A DNA stretch of 36,081 bases, from the IMG/VR virus record IMGVR_UViG_3300037851_001023, positions 1 to 36,081 of that record. One strand, given 5' to 3'. The notes below the pieces were generated by a model. That model was not told the DNA's origin, did not search any database, and saw nothing but the letters and a program-made list of their open reading frames with translations. The DNA comes from a virus. Shown here piece after piece: positions 7,424-16,099 of this stretch (its first letter is position 1; each line of letters begins with the position of its first letter). Both the position numbers and the translations under genes were made by a program.

Positions 7424-7806
7424 TGACACAGTGTCTCGTCTGGTTCGCGGAACCGGACAAGCTCACATCGCGCTGGCAATGGCTGCTGGCGCCCGGCTTT
7501 CGCCACTGCGGCGTCGCCGTGCAGGTGCCGCAGGGCTGGATCATGGTCGAAGACACAGGCCTGACGGCGCACCTGGCGTTCTACCAGACGACGGCGTTTG
7601 CGCTGACGCGCGAGCTGGAGACACACGGCTGCGTCGTCGTTGCCGCCAAGGTGCAGCCGGCTTGGCCGCGGCCGTGGCTCCGGCCGCTGACCTGCGTCGA
7701 GCTGGTCAAGCACGTGCTCGGTCTGCGCGCCTGGCGGGTGTGGACCCCCTTGCAGCTTTACCGCCGCCTGAAACGGGAGGAACGACTGTGCCAGCCGACA
7801 GCATAA
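7423..7806 (+). CDS. Hypothetical protein between terL and portal
   Basis: ATG overlaps the terL stop (TGATG). Protein-like sequence (LTCVELVKHVLGLRAWRVWTPLQLYRRL). Confidence 0.6.
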   Translation: MTQCLVWFAEPDKLTSRWQWLLAPGFRHCGVAVQVPQGWIMVEDTGLTAHLAFYQTTAFALTRELETHGCVVVAAKVQPAWPRPWLRPLTCVELVKHVLGLRAWRVWTPLQLYRRLKREERLCQPTA

Positions 7807-9395
7807 CTGAAATCAGGCGCCGCTACGCCACGGCGAAGTCGGCGCGCTCGCAGTGGGACAGCCTGCTCGGCGACGCCTACACCTACGCCTACCCAGAGGG
7901 CGATTCCTATTTTCAAGGCGTGGCGACCTCCGGCGCCAACCGCCGCCGCGAGGTCTACGACGCGACGGCGCCGATTGCCGTCGAGGATGCGGCCAATGCG
8001 CACGCCGCGGTGCTGACGCCCTCGACGGAGAAGTTCTTCCGCCTGGCGCCGCTGCCGGCGATCGCTGCTGATGTTGCCGAGCGCGTCGACGTGCAGCAGC
8101 TGCAGGAGCAATTCGACAGAAGCCGCGACATCTTCTTCGGCCACCTGAACGGCTCGAACTTCCACTCGGTGGTGCAGGCCGCGTTCTGCCAGGCGATGAT
8201 CTCGACGGGCGTGCTGGTGTTCAACCCGACGCCGCCCGGTGCGGCCACCCGCTTCAGTTTCGAGACGGTGCCGTTCTCCGCCATCTACCTGGAGCCCGGC
8301 CCCGGCCAGGAGCCGCTCGCCGTCTGGCACTGCGGCACCTACCGGGCCGACACGCTGCAATCGCGCTGGCCGGCGGCCTCGCTGAGCAGCGAGCAGCGGG
8401 CGATGGCGGCGGAGCGGCCGGAGGCGATGACGACGGTGATCACCGGCGCCATCCGCGACCTGGAAACCGGCCGCTGGCGATACGTGGTGTTCGCCGAAAC
8501 CGGCCAGGCCGACGATCAACTGATGCTCGACGAGATGCAGGACACGTCGCCCTTCATCGTCTTCCGCCAGTCGGTGGCGCCGGGGGAGACTTACGGCCGC
8601 GGCGCCGTGCTCAAGGTGCTCTCCGACATCAAGACAGCCAACAAGGTGGTCGAACTGACGCTGAAGAATGCCACCATCGCCATCTCCGGCATCTGGCAGG
8701 CGGATGACGACGGCGTCATCAACCCGGCGACCATCCGGCTGGTGCCGGGCGCGATCATCCCGAAAGCGGTCGGCTCCGCCGGCCTGACGCCATTGCAGGC
8801 ACCCGGCCGGTTCGATGTCTCCGGCCTGATCCTGGAACAGCTGCAGGCGCGCATCCGCCGCGCCATCGTCGGCCCGGAGATGCCGTCGATGGAGAAGCGC
8901 CGCGACGTCACCGCCTACGAGATGGCGGTGCGCGCCGAGGACCAGCAGAAAATGCAGGTGATGCCGATGATGCGGATGTGGGCGGAGCTGGTGGTGCCGC
9001 TGGTGCGCCGCGGCTTCGACATCCTGGAAAAAGCCGGCGAGGTGGCGATGCCGCCCGGCCTCGGCACGTTCACCGAGGTGGTGCCGCTGTCCCGGCTCGC
9101 CTACACCCAGGGGCAGGCGGACGCCATGCGGGTGCAGGCCGGCGTGGTGGCGGCAGCGCAGACGACAGGGCCGCAGGCGGCGATGACGGCGCTGCGGCTG
9201 CACGAAACCAACGAATACATCCTCCGCGCCTTCGGCGTGCCGGAACAGCTGATCCTGTCGACGGCGGAAGCGGCGGAACTCCAGGCCGAACTGGCGGCGC
9301 AGCAGCAGCAGCAGCAGGCGGTCGCCGATCTCGGCGCCGTGGCACCGGCGATCGCCGCCCTCGGCACGCTCGCACAACAGGAGCAGGCCCCATGA
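7788..9395 (+). CDS. Portal protein (T7 gp8-type head-tail connector-like)
   Basis: GTG 7788 lies 7 nt after GGGAGG. The upstream 119 codons of ORF 7431.. are junk. 535 aa. N-terminus EIRRRYATAKSARSQWDSLLGDAYTYAYP. Position after terL. Confidence 0.8.
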   Translation: MPADSITEIRRRYATAKSARSQWDSLLGDAYTYAYPEGDSYFQGVATSGANRRREVYDATAPIAVEDAANAHAAVLTPSTEKFFRLAPLPAIAADVAERVDVQQLQEQFDRSRDIFFGHLNGSNFHSVVQAAFCQAMISTGVLVFNPTPPGAATRFSFETVPFSAIYLEPGPGQEPLAVWHCGTYRADTLQSRWPAASLSSEQRAMAAERPEAMTTVITGAIRDLETGRWRYVVFAETGQADDQLMLDEMQDTSPFIVFRQSVAPGETYGRGAVLKVLSDIKTANKVVELTLKNATIAISGIWQADDDGVINPATIRLVPGAIIPKAVGSAGLTPLQAPGRFDVSGLILEQLQARIRRAIVGPEMPSMEKRRDVTAYEMAVRAEDQQKMQVMPMMRMWAELVVPLVRRGFDILEKAGEVAMPPGLGTFTEVVPLSRLAYTQGQADAMRVQAGVVAAAQTTGPQAAMTALRLHETNEYILRAFGVPEQLILSTAEAAELQAELAAQQQQQQAVADLGAVAPAIAALGTLAQQEQAP

Positions 9396-9658
9396 CCGAA
9401 GCGAACATGATGGGCGGCTGGTCGCCGTTCGAGGACTTGGACGAACACGCCGCCGCCGGCAGCAGCGAGATCGCCTCGATCGCTGCCGGCGTGTTTTCCA
9501 AGGCATCCGGCCGGCGCGTGCTGGAACACCTGAGGACGATCACCACCGCCACGGCGCTGCCGCCGTCCGCGTCCGACGCGGCGCTCCGCCACCTGGAAGG
9601 CCAGCGGGCGCTGGTCCTCTACCTCGAACGGCTGATCGAACAGGGCAGAACCCCATGA
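9392..9658 (+). CDS. Small virion-module protein (possibly Bbp19-like)
   Basis: ATGA coupling to the portal stop. Motif GRRVLEHLRTIT...LEGQRALVLYLERLI. Confidence 0.65.
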   Translation: MTEANMMGGWSPFEDLDEHAAAGSSEIASIAAGVFSKASGRRVLEHLRTITTATALPPSASDAALRHLEGQRALVLYLERLIEQGRTP

Positions 9659-9674
9659 CGAAGGAGTGCGGATA

Positions 9675-9944
9675 ATGGGCGGTGAGACAATAAAACGCGT
9701 CGGCATCGGCATTGCGACCGGCGGCCTGTCTGCAATTGGGGACGCGGTGAGCAACATGATGAAGCCGCCGGACGTGCCAGGAGCTCCAGACGCGGCGGCG
9801 GTGCCGAAGGACGACGAAGAGAAACGCCGGCAGGAGCTGATCCGGCGCTCGCTGCGCGGCCGGGCGTCGATGATCGCGACGTCGCCGGGCGGGCTGTTGG
9901 CGACGGTCAACCCCGCCGGCGGCAAGGTGCTTTTGGGAGAATGA
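9675..9944 (+). CDS. Small hypothetical virion protein
   Basis: AAGGAG lies 8 nt upstream of ATG 9675. C-terminal TSPGGLL...KVLLGE motif. Confidence 0.7.
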   Translation: MGGETIKRVGIGIATGGLSAIGDAVSNMMKPPDVPGAPDAAAVPKDDEEKRRQELIRRSLRGRASMIATSPGGLLATVNPAGGKVLLGE

Positions 9945-9945
9945 G

Positions 9946-10773
9946 ATGACGACTGAACCCACCACTGCGACCCCGCCGGCGGACCCGTCACCGGCTGCGG
10001 CGCCGGCACCGGTCGAAACCGCCGCACCGCCGGCACCGCCGGCAAAGCCGGACGGTCTGCCCGATGTGTTCTGGAACGCCGAAAAGGGCCGGCCGATCGC
10101 CGGTGCGAAGCGCTTCCTCGGCGATGACGGCGCGCTCCGCGTCGACGCGCTCGCCAAGAGCTACCTGGAAGCGGAGAAGAAACTCGGCGAGCGGCCTTCG
10201 CCGCCGGACGATTACCAGATCATGCTGCCGGACGCGTCCGGCACACCGCAGCCGGTGCCGGCCGATGATCCGCTGTTCGCCGACGTCAAGACGTGGGCGA
10301 AAAAGCACGGGCTGTCGGCGGAAGGGTTTTCCGAGCTGGTCACCGTGTGGACGGGCGACTGGGTGCAGCGCACGCGCGAGCAGACGCGGCAGAAGCTGCT
10401 GGCGGATGCCGGCGGTGATGCCGCCAGGCTCGATGCCCGCATCAATGCGCTGACGCAGCGCGCCAAGGCGTTCGCCGCCGGCGACGAGGATGCCTTTGCC
10501 GTGCTCGCCGAGGCGGCCTCGTCGGCGAAGGGCGTCGAAGTGGTCGAACGGCTGCTGGCCGGCGTCAACGGCTACACCGCCGTTGCCGGCGCCACCAGTG
10601 CCGCCCAAGCGCAACCGCCGGCGACGAAGGAGGCGCTGCGGGCGCGCATCGCCCAGAAGGACTATCAGCGGGGCGACCCGGCGGCGCGGGCGGAGGTCGA
10701 GAGGATGTCCCAGGCGCTGGCGGCGGCGGAACAGCCATCGCCGGCACCCCTCAATCCAGGATGGAGGGCGTAG
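9946..10773 (+). CDS. Putative scaffolding protein
   Basis: Pro/Ala-rich N-terminus followed by a helical, charged body (LAKSYLEAEKKLGE, KKHGLSAEGFSELV). Position after portal. Confidence 0.65.
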   Translation: MTTEPTTATPPADPSPAAAPAPVETAAPPAPPAKPDGLPDVFWNAEKGRPIAGAKRFLGDDGALRVDALAKSYLEAEKKLGERPSPPDDYQIMLPDASGTPQPVPADDPLFADVKTWAKKHGLSAEGFSELVTVWTGDWVQRTREQTRQKLLADAGGDAARLDARINALTQRAKAFAAGDEDAFAVLAEAASSAKGVEVVERLLAGVNGYTAVAGATSAAQAQPPATKEALRARIAQKDYQRGDPAARAEVERMSQALAAAEQPSPAPLNPGWRA

Positions 10774-10776
10774 GCC

Positions 10777-11343
10777 ATGGTCGCCCGCAACGTCGAGATC
10801 TGCAACATGGCGCTGATCGGCATCGGCGCCCAGACCATCCAGTCGTTCGACGATACCTCCGCCGAGGCGCGCGCCGCCGCGGCGCTCTATCCGATGGTCC
10901 GCGATCAGGTGCTGTCGTCGCACCCGTGGGAATTCGCGGTGGCGACGCGGGCGCTTGATCCGCTGGCGGTGGCACCGATCGCCGATTTCCAGTACGCGTT
11001 CCAGGTGCCGCCGGATGCGCTCCGGCTGCTGGCGGTCGGCATCGCGGCGCAGTCGGCCGGCATCCGCTACGAGCGCTACAGCCAGCAGATCCTCTGCGAT
11101 TACGACGCCATCCTGCTGCGCTACATCTCGCGGCCGCCGGAAGACATGTTCCCGGTCTACTTCGTGCCGGCCCTCGTCGCGGCGCTGGCCGCCGATTTCG
11201 TCATCCCGCTGACGGAATCGACGTCGCGTTACGAGACGCTGGTGAAGGCAGCGGATCTCAAGCTGCGCATGGCCCGGCTGATCGACAGCCAAAGCTCGTC
11301 ATCGGCGGCGCTGCAGGACTTTTCGCTGATCGACGTGCGCTGA
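10777..11343 (+). CDS. Head-tail adaptor / tail tubular protein A (T7 gp11-like)
   Basis: 188 aa. N-terminus VEICNMALIGIGAQTIQSFDD...HPWEFA. Directly precedes the gp12-like gene. Confidence 0.6.
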   Translation: MVARNVEICNMALIGIGAQTIQSFDDTSAEARAAAALYPMVRDQVLSSHPWEFAVATRALDPLAVAPIADFQYAFQVPPDALRLLAVGIAAQSAGIRYERYSQQILCDYDAILLRYISRPPEDMFPVYFVPALVAALAADFVIPLTESTSRYETLVKAADLKLRMARLIDSQSSSSAALQDFSLIDVR

Positions 11344-11495
11344 TGGACGAACCCGCGCCGCCGCCGGAGTCCTGGGAGATCGTCGACACCTGGCGATCGA
11401 TCTGGGAGGCGATGGCGCTCGCCGCCGGCAAGGCGCCCGGCGAGGGTGTGGCCGCGCACCGCCGCTGGTGCCAGCTGATGGACATGGAGGACTGA
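11343..11495 (+). CDS. Hypothetical 50-aa protein (below the ORF-track size cut-off)
   Basis: MDEPAPPPESWEIVDTWRSIWEAMALAAGKAPGEGVAAHRRWCQLMDMED. The ATG overlaps the upstream stop (TGATG). Its stop abuts the next ATG. Fills the whole gap. Confidence 0.5.
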   Translation: MDEPAPPPESWEIVDTWRSIWEAMALAAGKAPGEGVAAHRRWCQLMDMED

Positions 11496-13928
11496 ATGCC
11501 GCGCGTGCGCATGACGCAGACCAACTTCTCTGCCGGCGAGCTGGATCCGCGGCTGGCTGCCCGCAGCGATCTCAAGGCGTATGAGAACGGCGCCGCCGAA
11601 CTCCGCAACTGCTGCGTCGTGCTGCCGGCCGGCGTCTCCCGGCGGCCGGGCACGCGCTATCTCGACGAACTCGCCGGCGAAGCCCGGCTGGTGCCGTTCG
11701 AGTTCAACACCGAACAGCGCTACCTGCTGGCGTTTTCCGACGGGGCGCTCCGCGTCTACAAGGATGGCGTCCGCCTCGCCGTCTCGGTCAGCGATCTGAC
11801 CACGGCGGGCGCGCTGATCGATCGCGCCGCTGGCACCCGCATCGGCGACATGACGGCGAACGGCGGCCTGGCGGCGGCGTTCGATGACGATCTGACGCAG
11901 GACAACACCCAGGCCGCGGCGGGCGCCGGTGCCGGCAAGGGGGCCTGCGGCAAGACGTTCCCGGCGGCGACGACGATCAGCAAGGTCGAATGCTGGCCGA
12001 CAACGAACTACGGCTACGCGCGCAAATCGAACGACGACGACTACACACAGGATGTCGTGCTGGAGCTGCGCGGCAAGACCGGCGCCGCACCCGCCGACTA
12101 CTACACAGACGGCCAGCTGCTTGGCGAACTGCAGGTCAGGGACACGAAAACGCCGTGGCAGACGGTGCTGTCGACCGACACGATCACGGCGTTCGATCAC
12201 GTCTGGGTGACGGTGCGCGCCGTGTCGGCATCGACGGCGACGGTCTACCTCGCGGAAATCCGCCTCTACGCCGCGCCGGCGGTGCCCACGCTGCCGTGGA
12301 CGGCCGCCATGCTCGACCAGCTCTACTGGGCGCAGACGGCCGACACGCTGCTGCTGACGCACCCCGACATGCCGCCGTTGAAGATCACGCGGACCAGCCA
12401 CACGACGTGGACGGTCGGCGCCTGGACGTTCGTCGAGAAGATCGATACCGAGGCGAGTCCGCAGGTGAGCCACATCCAGCAGCCGCACCGCAAATTCCTG
12501 CCGTCGTCATCGACGCTGCAGGCATCGGCGACGACCGGCACCGGCGTGACGATCACCGCCAGCCATGACACCTTTGACGACGACAGCGTCGGCCAGCGCT
12601 ACCGCCTCGCCGGCAAGGAAGTGCTGATCACCGCCGTCACCGATGCGCGCACGGCGACGGCGACGGTGAAGGAGACGCTGAAGAACACCCAGCCGACGAC
12701 CGACTGGACGGAACCGGCGTGGTCGGCGCGCCGCGGCTGGCCGGTCTCGGTCAGCTTTCACCAGAGCCGGCTCGCAGTCGGGGGGTCGCGCGATCTTCCG
12801 AACCGCATCTGGCTGTCGGCAACGGCGGATTTCTTCAACTTCGATCTTGGCGGGGCCGACGACGACGACGCCATTGACATCGAGCTGCTCGACGACCAGG
12901 TCAACGCCGTCCGCGCCGTCGTCTCGGCGACGCACCTTCTGGTGTTTACGTCGGGGGCCGAATACATGCTGTCGGGCGACCCGCTGACGCCGACCAAGAT
13001 CCAGGCGAAGCGGCAGACGCGCATGGGCTCGCCAATCGACCGCAGCGTGCCGCCCTGCGGCGTCGACGGCGCCGTCGCCTTCGTGCCGCGCACCGCCGCC
13101 GGCTTGCGCATCTTCCAGTGGGATGATGTCCAGCAGGCGTACGAGGCGCCGGACCTGGCGCTGCTGGCGCCGCACCTGATCACGGCGCCGTCGGCGCTCT
13201 GCTGGGATGCCGTCAACCGCTGGCTGCACGTCGTCAATGCCGACGGCACGCTGGCGACGCTGGCGCTGCAGCGGAGCGAGCAGGTACAGGCATGGACGCT
13301 GCAGGAGATTGGCGACGGCACCCTGCCGGTGACCGGCGCGGCGCAGCTCGGCGCGGTCACCTATCTCGCCGTTGATCGGGACGATACGCCGCTGCTGCTG
13401 CGTTTCGATGCGGCGGCGCACACCGACGCCTGCCTGTTCGGCAGCGACGGCAGCGGCTACATCTGGTCCGGGCTCGACCACCTGGAAGAAGCGGAAATCA
13501 GCGTCGTCGCTGACGGCGGCGATGCCGGCACGTTCACGGTGACGAACGGCCAGATCACCCTGCCGCGCGTGGCCGAAACCGTCGAGGCCGGGCTCGCGTT
13601 CACCCATGTCATCCGGCCGCTGTCGCCGTCGTTGCTGCAGCAGCCGGAGGAAACGCCGGCGTCGCGCTGGCGGCCGGTGACGGCGACGTTCCGCCTGTAC
13701 CAGACCGGCCAGTTGCGGCTGGACTACGGCCAGGGCGCGCACGTCGTGCCGCTCGATGTCAGCGACGATGTCGCTTTGGACGCGGTGCCGCCGCTGTTCA
13801 GCGGCGAGGTCAGCGTCCGCATGTCCGGCTGGCGGCACACGGCCGGCCCTGCCTGGCGGATCATCGGCAGCGCGCCGGTGCCGCTGACACTGTTGAGCGT
13901 CGAAACGGAAGTGAGTGCCAACACATGA
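11496..13928 (+). CDS. Tail nozzle / tail tubular protein B (T7 gp12-like) with an inserted discoidin-like module
   Basis: 810 aa. N-terminus MTQTNFSAGELDPRLAARSDLKAYENGA...RRPGTRY and YWAQTADTLLLTHPDMPPLKITR are typical of gp12-type proteins. The insertion spans residues about 97-262. Confidence 0.75.
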   Translation: MPRVRMTQTNFSAGELDPRLAARSDLKAYENGAAELRNCCVVLPAGVSRRPGTRYLDELAGEARLVPFEFNTEQRYLLAFSDGALRVYKDGVRLAVSVSDLTTAGALIDRAAGTRIGDMTANGGLAAAFDDDLTQDNTQAAAGAGAGKGACGKTFPAATTISKVECWPTTNYGYARKSNDDDYTQDVVLELRGKTGAAPADYYTDGQLLGELQVRDTKTPWQTVLSTDTITAFDHVWVTVRAVSASTATVYLAEIRLYAAPAVPTLPWTAAMLDQLYWAQTADTLLLTHPDMPPLKITRTSHTTWTVGAWTFVEKIDTEASPQVSHIQQPHRKFLPSSSTLQASATTGTGVTITASHDTFDDDSVGQRYRLAGKEVLITAVTDARTATATVKETLKNTQPTTDWTEPAWSARRGWPVSVSFHQSRLAVGGSRDLPNRIWLSATADFFNFDLGGADDDDAIDIELLDDQVNAVRAVVSATHLLVFTSGAEYMLSGDPLTPTKIQAKRQTRMGSPIDRSVPPCGVDGAVAFVPRTAAGLRIFQWDDVQQAYEAPDLALLAPHLITAPSALCWDAVNRWLHVVNADGTLATLALQRSEQVQAWTLQEIGDGTLPVTGAAQLGAVTYLAVDRDDTPLLLRFDAAAHTDACLFGSDGSGYIWSGLDHLEEAEISVVADGGDAGTFTVTNGQITLPRVAETVEAGLAFTHVIRPLSPSLLQQPEETPASRWRPVTATFRLYQTGQLRLDYGQGAHVVPLDVSDDVALDAVPPLFSGEVSVRMSGWRHTAGPAWRIIGSAPVPLTLLSVETEVSANT

Positions 13929-14260
13929 GCAAGATGATTCCTGCAGAACCGGGCTGGCGGATGGTGACGACGGCGGAGCGTGGCTACGACGACCCCTATG
14001 TGGTGACGCAACCGATTGTCGGCTGGCTGCTGAAAGACGAATACAACATGCACGCGCGCGCCATTCCGGTGCTGACCAACACCGAGGGGCCGTTACCCGG
14101 CGAACGCGTCTACTACCAGGCGCCGGACGGGCGCCTTTACCACGCCGAGAACGGCAACTGCTGCGGTCGCGATCTGCTCGGCCTGCACCGCCAGGTGCTG
14201 ATCGATGAGCCGGCCGAAGATGAAGAACTCGACCGGCCTCGCCGCCGCAGAGTGCCTTGA
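13925..14260 (+). CDS. Hypothetical protein (moron island)
   Basis: ATGA coupling to the nozzle stop. Lower local G+C. 111 aa. Confidence 0.6.
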   Translation: MSKMIPAEPGWRMVTTAERGYDDPYVVTQPIVGWLLKDEYNMHARAIPVLTNTEGPLPGERVYYQAPDGRLYHAENGNCCGRDLLGLHRQVLIDEPAEDEELDRPRRRRVP

Positions 14261-14261
14261 T

Positions 14262-14870
14262 ATGCTGCCGCCGCTTGCCATCGACCTGTTCTGCGGCTTA
14301 GGCGACTGGACGGATGGCCTGCTCGCCGAGGGCTACGACGTCATCGGCTTCGATATCGAGCGGCACCAGTACGGCGAAGAACGCTATCCGGCGCAACTCG
14401 TCATCCAGGACGTGTTGACGCTGCACGGATCGCAGTTCCGCGATGCCGCGCTGATCGTGGCGTCGCCGCCCTGCCAGGCGTACAGCTACCGGGCGATGCC
14501 GTTCAAGCGCGCCAAGGCTTTGCCGCCGCCGGACAATTCCCTGTTCGATGCGTGCTTTCGCATCCAGCGGGAGGCCATCGCTGCCGCCGGCCGGCATATT
14601 CCGCTCGTTGTCGAAAACGTCTACGGCGCCGAGCGCTGGGTCGGCCGCGCCCGTTGGCATTACGGGTCGTTCTATCTGTGGGGCGACGTACCGGCGTTGA
14701 TGCCGCCGCCCGGGCGCGATGGTGTCAAGCACGGCGGCGACTGGTTCAACGACGCCTATTGTGGCTCGCGGCGGTCGACTGGGGGATCACTTAAGCGCCG
14801 GCGATGGTCAGCGCAGATTGCGAAGATCCCATTGCGGCCCGCCCGCCATAGCGCGGCGACGTATCGTTAG
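14262..14870 (+). CDS. Short C5 cytosine DNA methyltransferase (orphan, about 202 aa)
   Basis: Motif I DLFCGLG, motif IV SPPCQAYS and motif VI VVENV. ATG 14262 lies 1 nt after the preceding stop. Very short region after motif VI. Confidence 0.8.
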   Translation: MLPPLAIDLFCGLGDWTDGLLAEGYDVIGFDIERHQYGEERYPAQLVIQDVLTLHGSQFRDAALIVASPPCQAYSYRAMPFKRAKALPPPDNSLFDACFRIQREAIAAAGRHIPLVVENVYGAERWVGRARWHYGSFYLWGDVPALMPPPGRDGVKHGGDWFNDAYCGSRRSTGGSLKRRRWSAQIAKIPLRPARHSAATYR

Positions 14871-15050
14871 CCGGCTTGACATTCCGCTGCAATTGTGCGT
14901 TACACTGGCACAGCCGGGCAATCACGGGTTGATCCGGCCACGCCAACCCCGCTAGCGCGCGCGACAGCGCGTTAGAGGGCGATCCGGGCGCTGACCCGGG
15001 CAATCGCACCCTCGATACGTTGATCCTTCAACACATCGGAGTGCGATTGA
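14871..15050 (+). promoter_or_regulatory. Noncoding structured leader with a candidate promoter upstream of the capsid gene
   Basis: TTGACA at 14875-14880, with weak -10 candidates GTTACA (18-nt spacer) and TACACT (20-nt spacer). Direct repeats CCGGGCAATC(A/G)C at 14914 and 14996, and GTTGATCC at 14928 and 15019. Stem-loops CTAGCGCG/CGCGTTAG and CCGGG/CCCGG. Confidence 0.35.
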
Positions 15051-15149
15051 ATGGCATACACTGCCTCAACTTTCCGGGTGCAAGCCGCGTTCCCGAGCGC
15101 CACCGCCGGCAAGACCGTCAACGTCACCCTCGTCATCGATCCGAGCTAA
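15051..15149 (+). CDS. Possible 32-aa micro-ORF just upstream of the capsid gene
   Basis: MAYTASTFRVQAAFPSATAGKTVNVTLVIDPS. GGAG lies 9 nt upstream. GC3-rich. Its stop overlaps the capsid SD. Confidence 0.25.
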   Translation: MAYTASTFRVQAAFPSATAGKTVNVTLVIDPS

Positions 15150-15164
15150 GGGGAGAACTGACTC

Positions 15165-15995
15165 ATGGCACAGATTGATGCCGCCTTCATCAAACAGTTC
15201 GAGGCCGAAGTCCACGTCGCCTATCAGCAGATGGCGTCAAAACTGCGCGACACCGTGCGCCGCAAGACCGGTGTGATCGGGCAGTCGACGACGTTCCAGA
15301 AGGTCGGCAAGGGCGCGGCGTCGTCGAAGACCCGGCACGGCGAGGTGCCGCCGATGAACCTCGACCACACGCCGGTCGAGTGCGCGCTCGCCGACTGGTA
15401 CGCCGGCGACTGGTGCGACAAGCTCGACGAGCTGAAGACCAACATCGACGAGAAGCGGGTGATCGTCAACGCCGGCGCCTACGGCCTTGGCCGCAAGATC
15501 GACGACATGATCATCTCAAAGATCTCCGCCAACGCCACGACCTGGGGCGACAGCAGCACGGTCATGTCGAAGGCGAACGCGATCAAGATCATCAAGCACT
15601 TCAATGCCGCCGACATCCCGGACGACGGCGACCGCTACGTGATTGTCGATGAAAACACGTGGGCGCAGCTGACGGCCATCGACCAGTTCGTCAACGACGC
15701 CTATGTCGGCGATCATCCGCTCGTCGCCCGCAACGGCGCCGGCGCCCGCTGGTGGAACTCAGCCTGGTGGATCATGCACACCGGACTTTCGGCCGGCACC
15801 GGCACCAAGAAGTGCGTCGGCTACCACAAGACGGCCGTCGGCCTGGCTGAAGGGCTCGACATCACGTCGGACGTGACCTGGCACGGCGACCGGGCGTCCT
15901 GGTTCGTCAACAACATGCTGTCGGCCGGCGCCGTCTGCATCGACACCAACGGCTGCTTCGTCTTCGAGTTCGACGCTGACGCCGCGATTACGTAA
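15165..15995 (+). CDS. Major capsid protein
   Basis: AGGGGAG SD. 276 aa. N-terminus AAFIKQFEAEVHVAYQQMASKLRDTV is typical of podovirus capsid proteins. Followed by a strong stem-loop. Confidence 0.75.
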   Translation: MAQIDAAFIKQFEAEVHVAYQQMASKLRDTVRRKTGVIGQSTTFQKVGKGAASSKTRHGEVPPMNLDHTPVECALADWYAGDWCDKLDELKTNIDEKRVIVNAGAYGLGRKIDDMIISKISANATTWGDSSTVMSKANAIKIIKHFNAADIPDDGDRYVIVDENTWAQLTAIDQFVNDAYVGDHPLVARNGAGARWWNSAWWIMHTGLSAGTGTKKCVGYHKTAVGLAEGLDITSDVTWHGDRASWFVNNMLSAGAVCIDTNGCFVFEFDADAAIT

Positions 15996-16018
15996 GGCCC
16001 GGCAGTACGGCTAAGACC

Positions 16019-16050
16019 CACCGGCGGCGGCCGTCAAACCGCCGCCGGTG
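16019..16050 (+). terminator. Perfect 12-bp GC stem-loop after the capsid gene (attenuator or RNA-stability element)
   Basis: CACCGGCGGCGG-ccgtcaaa-CCGCCGCCGGTG. No U-tract follows. Confidence 0.4.
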
Positions 16051-16099
16051 CCGCTATCAGGAGGCAGAAATCTCCGCACTGATCCTTGCCGCCCTTGGC

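Noticed and set aside
5747-7429. 560-aa ORF antisense to terL. Similar long antisense or overlapping ORFs at 7758..9506, 9988..11292, 11229..12488, 12507..13838, 20271..21350, 21828..22997, 22468..23937 and 24768..25571.
   Set aside because: Arg/Pro/Gly/Ala-rich, low-complexity translations typical of non-coding frames in high-G+C DNA. Each lies opposite a gene with recognisable motifs. No SD or module logic.
7431-7787. N-terminal extensions of long ORFs: 7431.. for portal, 16048.. , 17762.. , 17850.. , 28526.. , 30232.. , 30564.. and 30785..
   Set aside because: The upstream parts are compositionally junk and overlap the true preceding genes. Internal starts with ATGA/TGATG coupling or an SD give tidy, non-overlapping gene chains.
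9296-9316. CAG trinucleotide run (GCAGCAGCAGCAGCAGCAGG)
   Set aside because: It simply encodes the poly-Gln stretch (AAQQQQQQAV) in the disordered C-terminus of the portal protein. No independent signal.
14875-14906. A confident sigma70 promoter for the capsid gene
   Set aside because: The -35 is consensus, but the only -10 candidates are GTTACA (18-nt spacer, poor match) and TACACT (20-nt spacer, too long). Kept only as a low-confidence regulatory region.
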